Shown: in pieces, positions 1-9,297 of the stretch
Layout of the letters: each line of letters begins with the position of its first letter
How positions within the stretch are numbered: the first letter of the stretch is position 1
Origin: Acidimicrobiales bacterium
GTDB lineage: Bacteria > Actinomycetota > Acidimicrobiia > Acidimicrobiales > Aldehydirespiratoraceae
Assembly: GCA_029263175.1 (NCBI GenBank)
Contig: JAJCXZ010000091.1
Coordinates: forward strand, 10,699 to 74,698
DNA: 64,000 bases
Reading direction: 5' to 3'
Notes under the pieces: model-generated
Database searches by the model: none
Told to the model about the DNA's origin: nothing
The model's input: only the letters and a program-made list of their open reading frames with translations
Translations under genes and position numbers: made by a program

Positions 1-1042
1 CGACGGCCGTCAAACCGCAGGTGGCGTGGATCACCGCGCCCAAGATGATCGGCTCGGGTCCGAACCGACGTTGGAGTTGGCCGGCGATGAACGCCGACAC
101 CGACCATGCCGATGACATCCACACGATCGAGAATGCGGCGGCGGCGGTGGACAGACCGCGCGCCCCGCGCAGGTAGACGGGCAGGAACGCATGGATCCCC
201 AGCGCGGTGCCAACCACGATGGCCGAGGTGAGGTGCACGGCTCGGAACTTCGAGGACACAATGTGCGCGATCCGTACAACCGGGTGCGGGGCTCGACGCT
301 CGTGTGGCAGGTAGAGCGCGGCCGCCACCAGCGTCACGGCCAGGCCCACGCCGACCAGCGCGAGTGACCCCTGAGCTGTGGCGAGTGCGGATGCAGTGAT
401 CACGGTGACGAGGGCGATACCTCGACCGTCGATCCTCGTCCTCTCGGCTTGTTCGCTGGCCGTCGGCATCTTGTTCCACGCGAGGTATGCGGCGATGAGC
501 GCCACCGGAACATTGATCAGAAAGACACCCTGCCAGCCGACGGTCGCCACCAGACCCGCTGCCGCCGTCGGCCCGGCCACGCTGGTGACGCCCCACACGG
601 TGGAGTTGGCGGCGAACACACGGGCCCGAGTCCGCTCCGGATACAGGATCCCGATCGCGGCCAGCACCACGGTCATCACAAGACCGGCGAACAGACCCTG
701 CAGTGCACGCGCGCCCACCAACGCCATCATCGACGGCGCCGCCGCACAGAGAATGGAGGTGACGATGAACCCCATCGCTCCGACGCGGAAGATTCGGCGC
801 GCGCCAATGCTGTCAATCAGCGGCCCGGCCGCGAGCATCGCCACGCCCGATGTGAGCAGCTCAACCGAGATCGTCCACGGCAACAGGGCGACGTCGCCGA
901 GGTCGTTGCCGACCTCAGGCAGGGCCGCGCTGACCGCCAAGTTGTTGTAGGCCACGATCCCGACGGCCGCCATGACCGCAATGGTTGTGCCCCGCCAGTT
1001 CGGGGAGAAGATCCCCTCCTCGGTCGCCGCGGTCGTGGTCAT
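1..1042 (-). CDS. MFS-type efflux transporter (DHA2/EmrB-like), partial; 3' end runs off the window
   Basis: Absent from the ORF track because there is no stop in the window. My reverse-strand translation from ATG 1042-1040 gives MTTTAATEEGIFSPNWRGTTIAVMAAVGIVAYNNLAVSAALPEVG... It contains an MFS motif-A-like GPLIDSIGARRIFRVG and serial hydrophobic helices, and stays open to position 1. Confidence 0.8.
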   Translation of the reverse strand, partial: MTTTAATEEGIFSPNWRGTTIAVMAAVGIVAYNNLAVSAALPEVGNDLGDVALLPWTISVELLTSGVAMLAAGPLIDSIGARRIFRVGAMGFIVTSILCAAAPSMMALVGARALQGLFAGLVMTVVLAAIGILYPERTRARVFAANSTVWGVTSVAGPTAAAGLVATVGWQGVFLINVPVALIAAYLAWNKMPTASEQAERTRIDGRGIALVTVITASALATAQGSLALVGVGLAVTLVAAALYLPHERRAPHPVVRIAHIVSSKFRAVHLTSAIVVGTALGIHAFLPVYLRGARGLSTAAAAFSIVWMSSAWSVSAFIAGQLQRRFGPEPIILGAVIHATCGLTAV

Positions 1043-1063
1043 CTGCTGACGCTACTGCTGAAT

Positions 1064-1096
1064 AACGCACGCTGGGGTCTGTCCCCAGTGTGCGTT
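1064..1096. repeat. 33-nt palindromic REP-like element, copy 1 (14-bp arms, loop TCTGT)
   Basis: AACGCACGCTGGGG-TCTGT-CCCCAGTGTGCGTT, with one G:T position. The core CTGGGGTCTGTCCCCAG is shared with the copies at 20297 and 29681. It lies between divergent gene starts at 1042 and 1178. Confidence 0.8.
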
Positions 1097-1177
1097 AGAG
1101 GCCTGACCTGACGCCGTGTTGCAGCGCTGGGACGTCCCAGAGGGGTAGTTCGAGGCGTGTGATCTACGCTCGGCGAT

Positions 1178-2221
1178 GTGAACATCGGCGCCATGATCCG
1201 CAAGGTCGCATCCCCCATCCTCTATCGGATTCGGGTTCGTCCGTATACCCGCGCCGTGAGTTCAGCGCTCGCCGCGTGGGATCTGACCCCTCGGCGAATC
1301 GACCTTCTCTCCTGGAGCGAGAATCTCGTATTCCGGGTCGACATCGGTCAACCCGCGCCCGTCGTGGCTCGGCTGCACCGCCCCGGCACCGCGACCGAGC
1401 AACAGCGCCATGCGGAGTCGCTCTGGCTTGCGGACCTGGCTGAAACGGGCGTCGCCGTCGGCAGGCCCCTTCTCGCTCGAGATGGTCGCAGCCACGTCTT
1501 GGCCACGGTGAGGAAGGACGATGAACGCAGCATCAGCGTGATGGCCTGGGTGGAGGGAATCCCGTTGGCCGACCTGATACAGAGCGAGCCAGGGGTAGCG
1601 CCAAAGTGGCGTCGGGCCCAGGGTGAGCTGCTCGCCGAAATTCACAACCATGCCGAGAAATGGGATCAACCTGCGGAGTTCGCGGCCCGACGCTGGGACC
1701 ACGAAGGTCTCGTCGGGGAGAGTCCGCTCTGGGGACGGTTCTGGGAAGTCGAGGTCGCCAGTGCCGATCAAGCGCGGGTGCTGGTCGACACAGTGACGGA
1801 GATTCGCCATCGACTACTCGCACTCGGCACCGACTCCGATGTATTCGGGCTGATCCACGCGGACTTGAGCGCCGCCAACTTGATGGTGGACGGTGCCGAC
1901 ATCGTGGCGATCGACTTTGACGACTTCGGCTACGGATGGCATGCCTACGACCTGGCGGCTGCCCTCTTCGAGGAAGCGGCGGAGGCGAGTTTTTCGTCCG
2001 ACCGCGACTCGCTCATCGCCGGATACCGAAACGTTCGGACACTGTCACCCGCTTCCGAAGCACACCTTCAGCTGTTTCTGCTACTGCGTGGCCTGGCGCT
2101 TATGGGCTGGTTGGCCTTCCGGCGTGACCTTGACCTCGACGGCAGTCGGACACAGTTCGAGCTGTTGGATCTTGTCGAGCGATGTGAACGCTTCCTGGGC
2201 GGCGAGGATCCGTATGGGTGA
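1178..2221 (+). CDS. Aminoglycoside-phosphotransferase-fold (APH/choline-kinase family) small-molecule kinase
   Basis: Track ORF of 347 aa. It has the catalytic loop LIHADLSAANLMV and the metal site VAIDFDDFGYG. Its stop overlaps the next start (ATGGGTGA). Confidence 0.85.
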   Translation: MNIGAMIRKVASPILYRIRVRPYTRAVSSALAAWDLTPRRIDLLSWSENLVFRVDIGQPAPVVARLHRPGTATEQQRHAESLWLADLAETGVAVGRPLLARDGRSHVLATVRKDDERSISVMAWVEGIPLADLIQSEPGVAPKWRRAQGELLAEIHNHAEKWDQPAEFAARRWDHEGLVGESPLWGRFWEVEVASADQARVLVDTVTEIRHRLLALGTDSDVFGLIHADLSAANLMVDGADIVAIDFDDFGYGWHAYDLAAALFEEAAEASFSSDRDSLIAGYRNVRTLSPASEAHLQLFLLLRGLALMGWLAFRRDLDLDGSRTQFELLDLVERCERFLGGEDPYG

Positions 2222-3452
2222 GACACTGGACCGACATCGGAGAATCTTTGGCGAGCGTGCGCCGCTCTTCTATGACGAGCCCCTGGAACTCATCCGAGGG
2301 GAAGGGGTGTGGCTCCTCGACGCGCACGGTCGCCGCTACCTCGACGCCTACAACAATGTGCCGTGTGTGGGTCATGCGAACCCCCGGGTTGTCGCAGCCG
2401 TCAGCGAGCAGATGGCGACGCTTCAGGTCCACAGCCGCTACGTCCATGGCGTGGTCGTGGACTACGCCGAGCGTCTTGCGGCACTCCACGCCGACCCGCT
2501 GTCGTCACTCGTGTTCGCATGCTCTGGAACCGAGGCCGACGAGATCGCCATGAGCATGGCCCGCCTCACCACCGGCAACCGGGGGTTCATCACCACCGAA
2601 GCGGCGTATCACGGCAACAACTCCGACGTCGGCCGACTCAACGACATCGGTGGCCGTGCTTCGGTCGGAAAGCCCGTCGACCCGGAGGTACGCGGTGTGC
2701 CGCTACCCGACGGCTCCCGCCGATTCGTCGAGGGGGTCGCCGCCGCAATCCGATCTCTCGACGAGGCGGGAATCGGGGTCGCTGGGGTGCTGATGTGCTC
2801 GATCCTGGCCAACGAGGGCCTGCCCCCACTCGCCGACGGTGAGATGGCGGAGGTGGCCGAGTTGGTTCACGCAGCCGGCGGTCTGATGATCGCCGATGAG
2901 GTCCAAGCCGGGTTCGCCCGCAGCGGCCGTTGGTGGGGGTACGAGTTCTCCGGTTTTGAGCCGGACATCGCCGTGATGGGCAAGCCGATGGGCGCGGGTG
3001 TTCCGTTCTCTGGCGTGGTCGCGGCCCCCGACGTGGTGGATCGGTTCCGGTCCTCGACTCGGTACTTCAACACCTTCGCGGCCACACCCGTGCAGGCCGC
3101 CGCCGGCATGGCCGTGATCGATGTCATCGAGGATGAGGGCCTGCTGGCGCAGACAACCCAGGTCGGCCGGCACCTCGCGGACGGTCTTCGCGGCCTGGGG
3201 ATCACCGATCGGCTCGGCGAGGTCCGCAATGTGGGTCTCTTCGTCGGAGCCGACTGGCTCGATGCTGACGGCGCGCCGGACGGGCAGGGTGCCAGGGCGG
3301 TTGTCAACGCGGCACGTCACGCCGGCGTCCTGATTGGGTTGGACGGCCCGCACGGTCACGTGCTGAAGCTCCGCCCTCCGCTGGTGTTCTCGGCGGCAGA
3401 CGCCGATCAACTCCTCGAGATCATCGCGGCAGTCTTCGCGTCGGCGACGTGA
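2214..3452 (+). CDS. Class III PLP-dependent aminotransferase-fold enzyme (aminotransferase or phospho-lyase type)
   Basis: Same frame as track ORF 1893..3452, trimmed to ATG 2214, which overlaps the upstream stop. Signatures: GEGVWLLDAHGRRYLDAYNNVPCVGHANPRVV, LMIADEVQAGFARSGRWWGYE, and the PLP-lysine context DIAVMGKPMGAG. Confidence 0.9.
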   Translation: MGETLDRHRRIFGERAPLFYDEPLELIRGEGVWLLDAHGRRYLDAYNNVPCVGHANPRVVAAVSEQMATLQVHSRYVHGVVVDYAERLAALHADPLSSLVFACSGTEADEIAMSMARLTTGNRGFITTEAAYHGNNSDVGRLNDIGGRASVGKPVDPEVRGVPLPDGSRRFVEGVAAAIRSLDEAGIGVAGVLMCSILANEGLPPLADGEMAEVAELVHAAGGLMIADEVQAGFARSGRWWGYEFSGFEPDIAVMGKPMGAGVPFSGVVAAPDVVDRFRSSTRYFNTFAATPVQAAAGMAVIDVIEDEGLLAQTTQVGRHLADGLRGLGITDRLGEVRNVGLFVGADWLDADGAPDGQGARAVVNAARHAGVLIGLDGPHGHVLKLRPPLVFSAADADQLLEIIAAVFASAT

Positions 3453-4471
3453 CTGCTGACGACCGCTGGCCTCGCGAAACCGCTGCGGTCCGTCGAGCAC
3501 TGGATGCCTGGCCGCTCGAGGTGGCCGCCATCGAACTCCTGTCGGTCAGTGAGAACCTTGTCTTTCGTGTCGAGCAAGTGACAGGCGGCCCCGTTGTGGC
3601 TCGCCTCCACCGTCCGGGTTACAACTCGCTCGTCGAGCTCGAATCCGAACACGCCTGGGTCACCTCGATAAACCGGAGCAGTTCAATCGCCGCGGCCCGA
3701 CCGATCGAGACGACCGACGGACGAAGTCACGTGGCGGTCGACGTGTCCGAGGACGACACTCGCTTCGTCGGTGTGGTGGATTGGGTCGGGGGCCAGACCC
3801 TTGGCCACATGCTGGACGGTGAGATCTCGTCCTCAGAGACGGTGGAGTGGTACCGGCGTACCGGCGCCCTTCTCGGTCAGATTCACAACCAAGCCGCAGT
3901 GTGGAAGCCCCCGTCGTGGTTCCGGCGACGGGCCTGGGATGTTGACGGCATGGTCGGCCCCGACCCCGAGTGGGGACGGTTCTGGGCAGTGCCCCTTGCC
4001 GACCCCGGCCAGCGCGAGGTGCTGACCAGAACAAGAGACGCCCTCCATGAGATTCTCTCCGGGTTCGGTACCGGCGTCGATCGCTACGGCCTGATCCACG
4101 CCGATCTCTACTGCGAGAACGTCTTCGTCGCTGATGACGAGCTTGTGATGATCGACTTCGACGACGCCGGCTTCGGCTGGCATCTCTATGACATCGCCGT
4201 CGCCGTCTATGACCAAGCGCGCGCGGCATGGTTCCCGGAGGTGAGGGATTCGGTTGTGGCCGGCTACCGACAAAGCCGACCTCTGGCTGCCGATCACGAA
4301 GCATTGCTCTCGACGTTCTTGCTGATGCGTTCCCTGGCGCTGCTCGGCTGGCTCGTGGACCGACCGGAGCTCGACCCGACCGGCACGCGGGTCGAGCGGA
4401 ATCTGGTTGCGGCTGTGGCTCACTGCATCACGTTCCTCAGCGGCGCTGACCCCTTCGGCGAGAACTATTGA
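3449..4471 (+). CDS. Second APH-fold kinase, paralogous to 1178..2221
   Basis: Track ORF of 340 aa with LIHADLYCENVFV and VMIDFDDAGFGWHLYD. Its GTG start overlaps the upstream stop by 4 nt. It is colinear with the first kinase (SENLVFRV..., ARLHRPG...). Confidence 0.85.
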   Translation: MTADDRWPRETAAVRRALDAWPLEVAAIELLSVSENLVFRVEQVTGGPVVARLHRPGYNSLVELESEHAWVTSINRSSSIAAARPIETTDGRSHVAVDVSEDDTRFVGVVDWVGGQTLGHMLDGEISSSETVEWYRRTGALLGQIHNQAAVWKPPSWFRRRAWDVDGMVGPDPEWGRFWAVPLADPGQREVLTRTRDALHEILSGFGTGVDRYGLIHADLYCENVFVADDELVMIDFDDAGFGWHLYDIAVAVYDQARAAWFPEVRDSVVAGYRQSRPLAADHEALLSTFLLMRSLALLGWLVDRPELDPTGTRVERNLVAAVAHCITFLSGADPFGENY

Positions 4472-4544
4472 TCAATCTGTTGCACTTTCAATACATTTCT
4501 GACATAGTCACTCTATCAAACATCATGAAACTTACTGAGAGGAA
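4472..4544 (+). promoter_or_regulatory. AT-rich intergenic patch with Shine-Dalgarno, probable promoter region of the WXG100/EccC pair
   Basis: This stretch is visibly AT-rich (ttgcactttcaatacatttctgacatagtcactctatcaaacatcatgaaactt) in an otherwise GC-rich window. GAGAGGAAG lies just before the candidate starts. Confidence 0.35.
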
Positions 4545-4829
4545 GTGAAGATCGTGGCTGGCGACATGTTGGTGATGAGCAAGAGTCAGATGGAGCAGCT
4601 GGCGGGAAACTTCGGCCGCCAACAGCAAGCAGTGCAGGATGTGATCCGGGCGATCCAAGGTGGGATCGACAGCACCACCTGGCAGGGCGCACGCGCCGAC
4701 CGGTTCCAAACTTTGTGGAACACCGAGTTCCGACCAAACCTCACGAACCTGGTCAACGCGCTGGGGGAGCACTCCACCTTCATCAGTCGTGAGCTCCAGG
4801 CCGGTGTCTCGGCCCTCGACACCGTCTGA
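4545..4829 (+). CDS. WXG100 (ESAT-6-like) family protein
   Basis: The ORF is 94 aa with a central W-x-G (DSTTWQGARADRF) between two helix-like halves. It sits immediately upstream of an FtsK/SpoIIIE ATPase. The start is ambiguous (GTG 4545, GTG 4554 or ATG 4566). Confidence 0.8.
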   Translation: MKIVAGDMLVMSKSQMEQLAGNFGRQQQAVQDVIRAIQGGIDSTTWQGARADRFQTLWNTEFRPNLTNLVNALGEHSTFISRELQAGVSALDTV

Positions 4830-4854
4830 CCACAAACGCCCGGAGGAATGGATC

Positions 4855-7800
4855 GTGCGTGGGCTCCGGGTGGTCGATCGCCTCGACCGTGAGGTTGAGG
4901 TATCTGTCTACGGCGAGGATCTCTCGGCGGATGACCTCGCCGGTGCACTGGAGCCCACCACACACTCCGCCACGATCGCTCTTCGTCGTGGCGTCATCGT
5001 CGATGGGCGGTGGCATCCCCCCACCACCCCCATCGACCAGCTCGACCTTCGCCAGGGATCGCTTGTCCACCCAAGCCCCACGCCCCCCGTGGTCCCGGCG
5101 AAACCAGCGGCCCGGGCTCTGTTGTCGGCGGACGACAGGGCTCGGGCTGATGGCTCGCCCGTTGCTGTGGTGGAGGGCATCGGCCTAATCGACGGCGTCG
5201 TGCCGTTCAACCGGCCACCGCGGCTCACCCCTGCAGTTGAGCCCGCAGCCATCTGCGTGCCCTCGGCCCCGCCCGACCCGCCGCCTCGCGAACCGCTGTC
5301 GATCGCGGGGATCGTCTTGCCGATTGTCGGTGGTGCGGTCATCGCGCTGCTGCTGTCACCCATGCTGGCCGTCTTCGCCGCCCTGGGTTCGTTCATCACC
5401 ATCGGGATGTGGTGGGAGCGTCGACACCGCGCCGATCGCGAACATCGTGAGGCCACCGTGCGCGAGCGCGAGGCCTGCGCCGCGCTCGAGGCCCGACTGC
5501 CGCTGCTCTGTGCCGCCGAGACCATCAGGCGGAGAGACCTCGTGCCGACGGTTGACGTGGTCGTCGACCGGGCTACCCGCCTTTCGTCGCGAATCTGGGA
5601 GCGCGGCGCGGATGATCTCGACGCATTTCTGGTGGGGATCGGCACCATCGTGGATCGATTTGCACCCACTCTTCAGGTGGAGGGGGATGGCGCGGATCCC
5701 GAGCCGAGCAGCCTGGCCATCGATGCCATCAACTCGACTTCGCCACTCGCTGGAGTTCCCTTGGTGATCGACCTCGCCCCTGGACGCATCGTGGGAATTG
5801 TCGGTCCGCGTGCTGCCGCGCAAGGTGCGGGGCGGGCGCTTGCCGCGCAACTCGTTGTCCACCACGGTCCGTCCGTTTCTCGCGTGGTCGTGGCGGCGTC
5901 GGCGTCAGCGGTTGCCGACTGGGCATGGTGTCGTTGGCTTCCGCACTGCGGCGACCCCGACGACGGCGAAGCAGGCGCACTTCTCGGCGTCACCACCGAA
6001 TCCACCATCGCCGATCGAGCCCTTGCCGGGCTCTCGCCGGAGTCGACCACCGCAGTGGTCGGGATCCTCGATGACCCTGGTGCGTTCCATGGTCGTGACA
6101 CGGTCGGCCGCCGTTTGGTCGTGCACGAGCGTGTGGCTCTGGTTGTCATTGCCCCAAGTGTCGACCGCCTTCCCGCCGGCTGCACCGATCTCTTGCAGAT
6201 CGATCGCGCCGGGCGAATTGTCCACCGTGATCCGCGCAGCGCCGAGGGAGCCACGACCGGCGCGGTGTGGGATCTCTCCATCTCGCAAGCCGCGGCCGCG
6301 GCCCGGCGCCTCGCTCAATTGGACGATCCCGCTCTTCGTCGTCGTGACGCCGGTGTGCCTGACACCGTGCCGCTGCTTCGAACCCTCGGCCTCAGCGGCG
6401 ATGACCCTGGCGAGATCGATGGTTCTTGGGGCCGCACCACGGGCACCGATGCGTTGACGGCGATCATCGGCGCCGACGCTCACGGCGCGGTCGAGCTCGA
6501 TCTCATCGCCGATGGGCCGCACCTTCTTGTCGGCGGCACCACCGGCTCGGGGAAGTCCGAGCTCCTCCGTTCGCTGATCGCCGGGTTGGCAGCCACCCAT
6601 GATCCGCACCACTGCGCCTTCGTGCTGATCGACTACAAGGGGGGCGCCGCCTTCGACTGTTGCCGCGAGCTGCCCCACATCGCTGGATTCGTCACCGATC
6701 TCGATCAATCGTTGGCGGCTCGTGCACTGCGATGCCTCGAAGCCGAATTGCGCCACCGCGAGCATCGTCTACGAGCGGCGGGCGCCCAAGACATTGCCGC
6801 CTTCCGGGCACTCTCCCTGCCTGGTCCGGCGCTGCCGCGGATGCTCGTCGTGGTCGACGAGTTCGCGACACTCGCATCCGAGCTCCCGGAGTTCCTCGAC
6901 GCACTCGTCGGCATCGCCCAGCGAGGTCGAAGCCTCGGTGTCCATCTCGTGCTCGCCACGCAACGCCCGGCGGGTGTGGTCACCGACGACATCCGGGCCA
7001 ATGCCGGTTGTCGCATCGCCTTGCGAGTGACCGACAGCCACGACTCCGTCGACGTGATCGGCACGCCCGATGCGGCTGCGATCCCGCGCTCGCGGCCGGG
7101 TCGGGCAATCGCTCGACTCGGTCCATCCGAGTTGATCGCGTTTCAGTCGGCCATCATCACAGGGCAGCAGGCTCGACAGGCCCCGATCGAGGTTCGAATC
7201 GTTGGGGATCGGGATGCATTGCGTCTCGACCCTGCCGACGACGAGTCGTCAGACCTTCAGCGCCTTGTCCACGTCATCGGCCTGGCGTGGGGCGATCGCC
7301 CCCGCCCCCGGTCTCCGTGGCCCGATGCGCTTCCCCCGGCCGCCGAGCGCGGCGCTGACGGATGGTGGCTGGTGGACGATCCCGAAGGTCAATGTCGGCG
7401 AGTGGAAGGCTGGACCCCGGCCGATGGTCACCTCGTGGTGGTCGGTGGACCCGGCAGTGGCGCCACCTCGACGCTCGTGGAGGCCGCGTTCAGCAGCATC
7501 GAGAGCGGCGGTCACGTCTACGTCATTGACCTGGATGCAGGTGACCTCGGCGCGCTCGAATCACTCGAGCCGGTCGGGCTCGTCGTCGGGCCAACGGACG
7601 CCGAGCGGCGACGTCGACTTCTGCGGCGACTTGATGCTGAGGTCGCCGATCGACGAGCAGCCGTTGCAAAGGGAGACGGGCCGATCCTTCTGGTGGTCGA
7701 CGACCTTGGCGGCTTCGACCGTGCTCACGATCCGATTCGAGACAGCGAGGTCCATGATCAGCTGGCTCGCATCTGGGCCGATGGCCCGACGGTGGGCGTC

Positions 7801-8685
7801 GTCGTGGCCACATCCCTTCGGCGGGCTGCTGAATTGCCGACTGCCATGGCTGCTACAGCCGGCACGGTGCTCCTTCACGGCACGGCTGACCCCGCCGATG
7901 CATTCCGATTCGGCCTGTCGAGCAACGAGGGTGTCCTGCCGCCGGGCCGAGCGCGCCGGACGAGCGATGGCGCGCTCCTGCACGTGATGCGCTCTGGGCG
8001 AAACCTCGAGGAGGCGACTTCCGCCTGGGCGAGCAGCCGCCCTGCGCAACCGCCGTTTGTGATCGGCACGCTGGCTCGGTCGATCGACGCTGCCGATGTG
8101 GGGGCCTCAGTCACCATGGAAGCGGCGGCAAGGCTTCACATCGCCGTCGCTGATTCCGACCTCGGCCTGACGTCGCTCACGCTGCATTCCGGTGAGCATG
8201 CGCTCGTGCTCGGCCCGGCTCGCAGTGGTCGCACCACGGCCTTGGTCACGATCGGTCGTCTCGCTCGGTCTGTGGTCGTGGTGGGCTCGGGATCTGCGGT
8301 GGCGGCAGCTCTCGAAATCGAGCCGATCGAGCCGCACGCGCTTGACGCGATGCTCGCCGATCGCGGACCCACACTGATCCTGGTCGATGACTGCCTCGGC
8401 GTGGAGGATCCGACCGGCGGCCTCGCCCGGCTGATTCGCATGCCGCCGGAAGGTGTTCACCTCGTGGCGACCGCGCAGCCCGGCCGGCTCCGTCAGGCCT
8501 ACGGCCATTGGGCCACCGACCTCGCGGCTTCGCGAGCCGGAATCCTCCTCCAGCCCGATTCGTTGGATGGTGACCTACTCGGCGCACCGCTCCCGAGCCG
8601 ACTCCGCCGCATCGACGTGCCGGGCCGAGGCTTCCTGGTCGCCGACGGTCATGCTCGTCTCGCTCAGCTGGTCCATCACGTCTGA
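4855..8685 (+). CDS. eccC: EccC/EssC-like FtsK/SpoIIIE-family type VII secretion ATPase (three P-loop domains)
   Basis: Track ORF 4660..8685 trimmed to GTG 4855, with GGAGGA 7 nt upstream. Two TM helices (IAGIVLPIVGGAVIALLLSPMLAVFAALGSFITIGMWW) are followed by three P-loop domains: D1 GGTTGSGKSELL / MLVVVDEFATL, D2 GGPGSGATSTL / ILLVVDDLGGF, and D3 GPARSGRTTAL / TLILVDDCLG. Confidence 0.9.
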   Translation: MRGLRVVDRLDREVEVSVYGEDLSADDLAGALEPTTHSATIALRRGVIVDGRWHPPTTPIDQLDLRQGSLVHPSPTPPVVPAKPAARALLSADDRARADGSPVAVVEGIGLIDGVVPFNRPPRLTPAVEPAAICVPSAPPDPPPREPLSIAGIVLPIVGGAVIALLLSPMLAVFAALGSFITIGMWWERRHRADREHREATVREREACAALEARLPLLCAAETIRRRDLVPTVDVVVDRATRLSSRIWERGADDLDAFLVGIGTIVDRFAPTLQVEGDGADPEPSSLAIDAINSTSPLAGVPLVIDLAPGRIVGIVGPRAAAQGAGRALAAQLVVHHGPSVSRVVVAASASAVADWAWCRWLPHCGDPDDGEAGALLGVTTESTIADRALAGLSPESTTAVVGILDDPGAFHGRDTVGRRLVVHERVALVVIAPSVDRLPAGCTDLLQIDRAGRIVHRDPRSAEGATTGAVWDLSISQAAAAARRLAQLDDPALRRRDAGVPDTVPLLRTLGLSGDDPGEIDGSWGRTTGTDALTAIIGADAHGAVELDLIADGPHLLVGGTTGSGKSELLRSLIAGLAATHDPHHCAFVLIDYKGGAAFDCCRELPHIAGFVTDLDQSLAARALRCLEAELRHREHRLRAAGAQDIAAFRALSLPGPALPRMLVVVDEFATLASELPEFLDALVGIAQRGRSLGVHLVLATQRPAGVVTDDIRANAGCRIALRVTDSHDSVDVIGTPDAAAIPRSRPGRAIARLGPSELIAFQSAIITGQQARQAPIEVRIVGDRDALRLDPADDESSDLQRLVHVIGLAWGDRPRPRSPWPDALPPAAERGADGWWLVDDPEGQCRRVEGWTPADGHLVVVGGPGSGATSTLVEAAFSSIESGGHVYVIDLDAGDLGALESLEPVGLVVGPTDAERRRRLLRRLDAEVADRRAAVAKGDGPILLVVDDLGGFDRAHDPIRDSEVHDQLARIWADGPTVGVVVATSLRRAAELPTAMAATAGTVLLHGTADPADAFRFGLSSNEGVLPPGRARRTSDGALLHVMRSGRNLEEATSAWASSRPAQPPFVIGTLARSIDAADVGASVTMEAAARLHIAVADSDLGLTSLTLHSGEHALVLGPARSGRTTALVTIGRLARSVVVVGSGSAVAAALEIEPIEPHALDAMLADRGPTLILVDDCLGVEDPTGGLARLIRMPPEGVHLVATAQPGRLRQAYGHWATDLAASRAGILLQPDSLDGDLLGAPLPSRLRRIDVPGRGFLVADGHARLAQLVHHV

Positions 8686-8689
8686 ACGG

Positions 8690-9244
8690 TCAAACGCGCT
8701 CGCCGCCGTAGCCGGCCACGAGAGCGTCGAGGACTGCATCGTGGTTGGCTTCGATCACATCGTCGGGCAGTGGGGGCAGGACCTGAGCCCAGATGTTGTT
8801 GCCCCAGCCGTAGAGTTCGAGCTGGCGGGCAGGGCGTCCTTGGAACCACACATGGAAGTGGGCCGCACCATCACCGAACCGATGAATGTGGACTCGGCCG
8901 ACCGATGGCAGCCCCCGGATCGCAGCCTCGAGGTGGCGAGTGATCACCCCGTACTCGGCGGCCATCTCGTCGTCGAAGTTCTCGAAGTCCATGTGCTCAA
9001 CGGTTTCCAGGAACAATCCGGCCGGGTTCGCTGACGGGAAGATCGGGGCCAGGGTCCACGCCCCCTTTCGCCAGAGGATTCCGTCGGCGTTCGTACAGCG
9101 GTGACACGGCTTGTCGCCTTCGCCGGAACGGCCCAGTTCCTCGTCCATCGGTGGGGCGAGTTCCTTGAGTCTGAACTCACCCTCGAAGGGGAACAGGGGC
9201 ATTCGAGTGAGCCGCTGAATGGCTCGTTCCTGATCAAAGGTCAT
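8690..9244 (-). CDS. HIT-like (histidine-triad-like) domain protein, function uncertain
   Basis: Track ORF of 184 aa with an N-terminal CHRC pair and a C-terminal AAHFHVWFQGRP (partial HxHxH-type motif). The family assignment rests on motifs only. Confidence 0.55.
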   Translation of the reverse strand: MTFDQERAIQRLTRMPLFPFEGEFRLKELAPPMDEELGRSGEGDKPCHRCTNADGILWRKGAWTLAPIFPSANPAGLFLETVEHMDFENFDDEMAAEYGVITRHLEAAIRGLPSVGRVHIHRFGDGAAHFHVWFQGRPARQLELYGWGNNIWAQVLPPLPDDVIEANHDAVLDALVAGYGGERV

Positions 9245-9297
9245 GGCGCCAACCTACGCGCCGCGCTCCCAGCTCGTATCTCGGGCAGTATCCGGGG

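Noticed and set aside
1893-2213. N-terminal 107-aa extension of the aminotransferase ORF
   Set aside because: It overlaps the 3' end of the upstream kinase gene in another frame. The family-typical N-terminus begins at ATG 2214, which is translationally coupled to the kinase stop.
7185-7200. GGTTCGAATC motif resembling a tRNA T-arm
   Set aside because: It lies inside the EccC-like coding frame with no acceptor/anticodon arms around it. No intergenic region in the window has tRNA-like structure.
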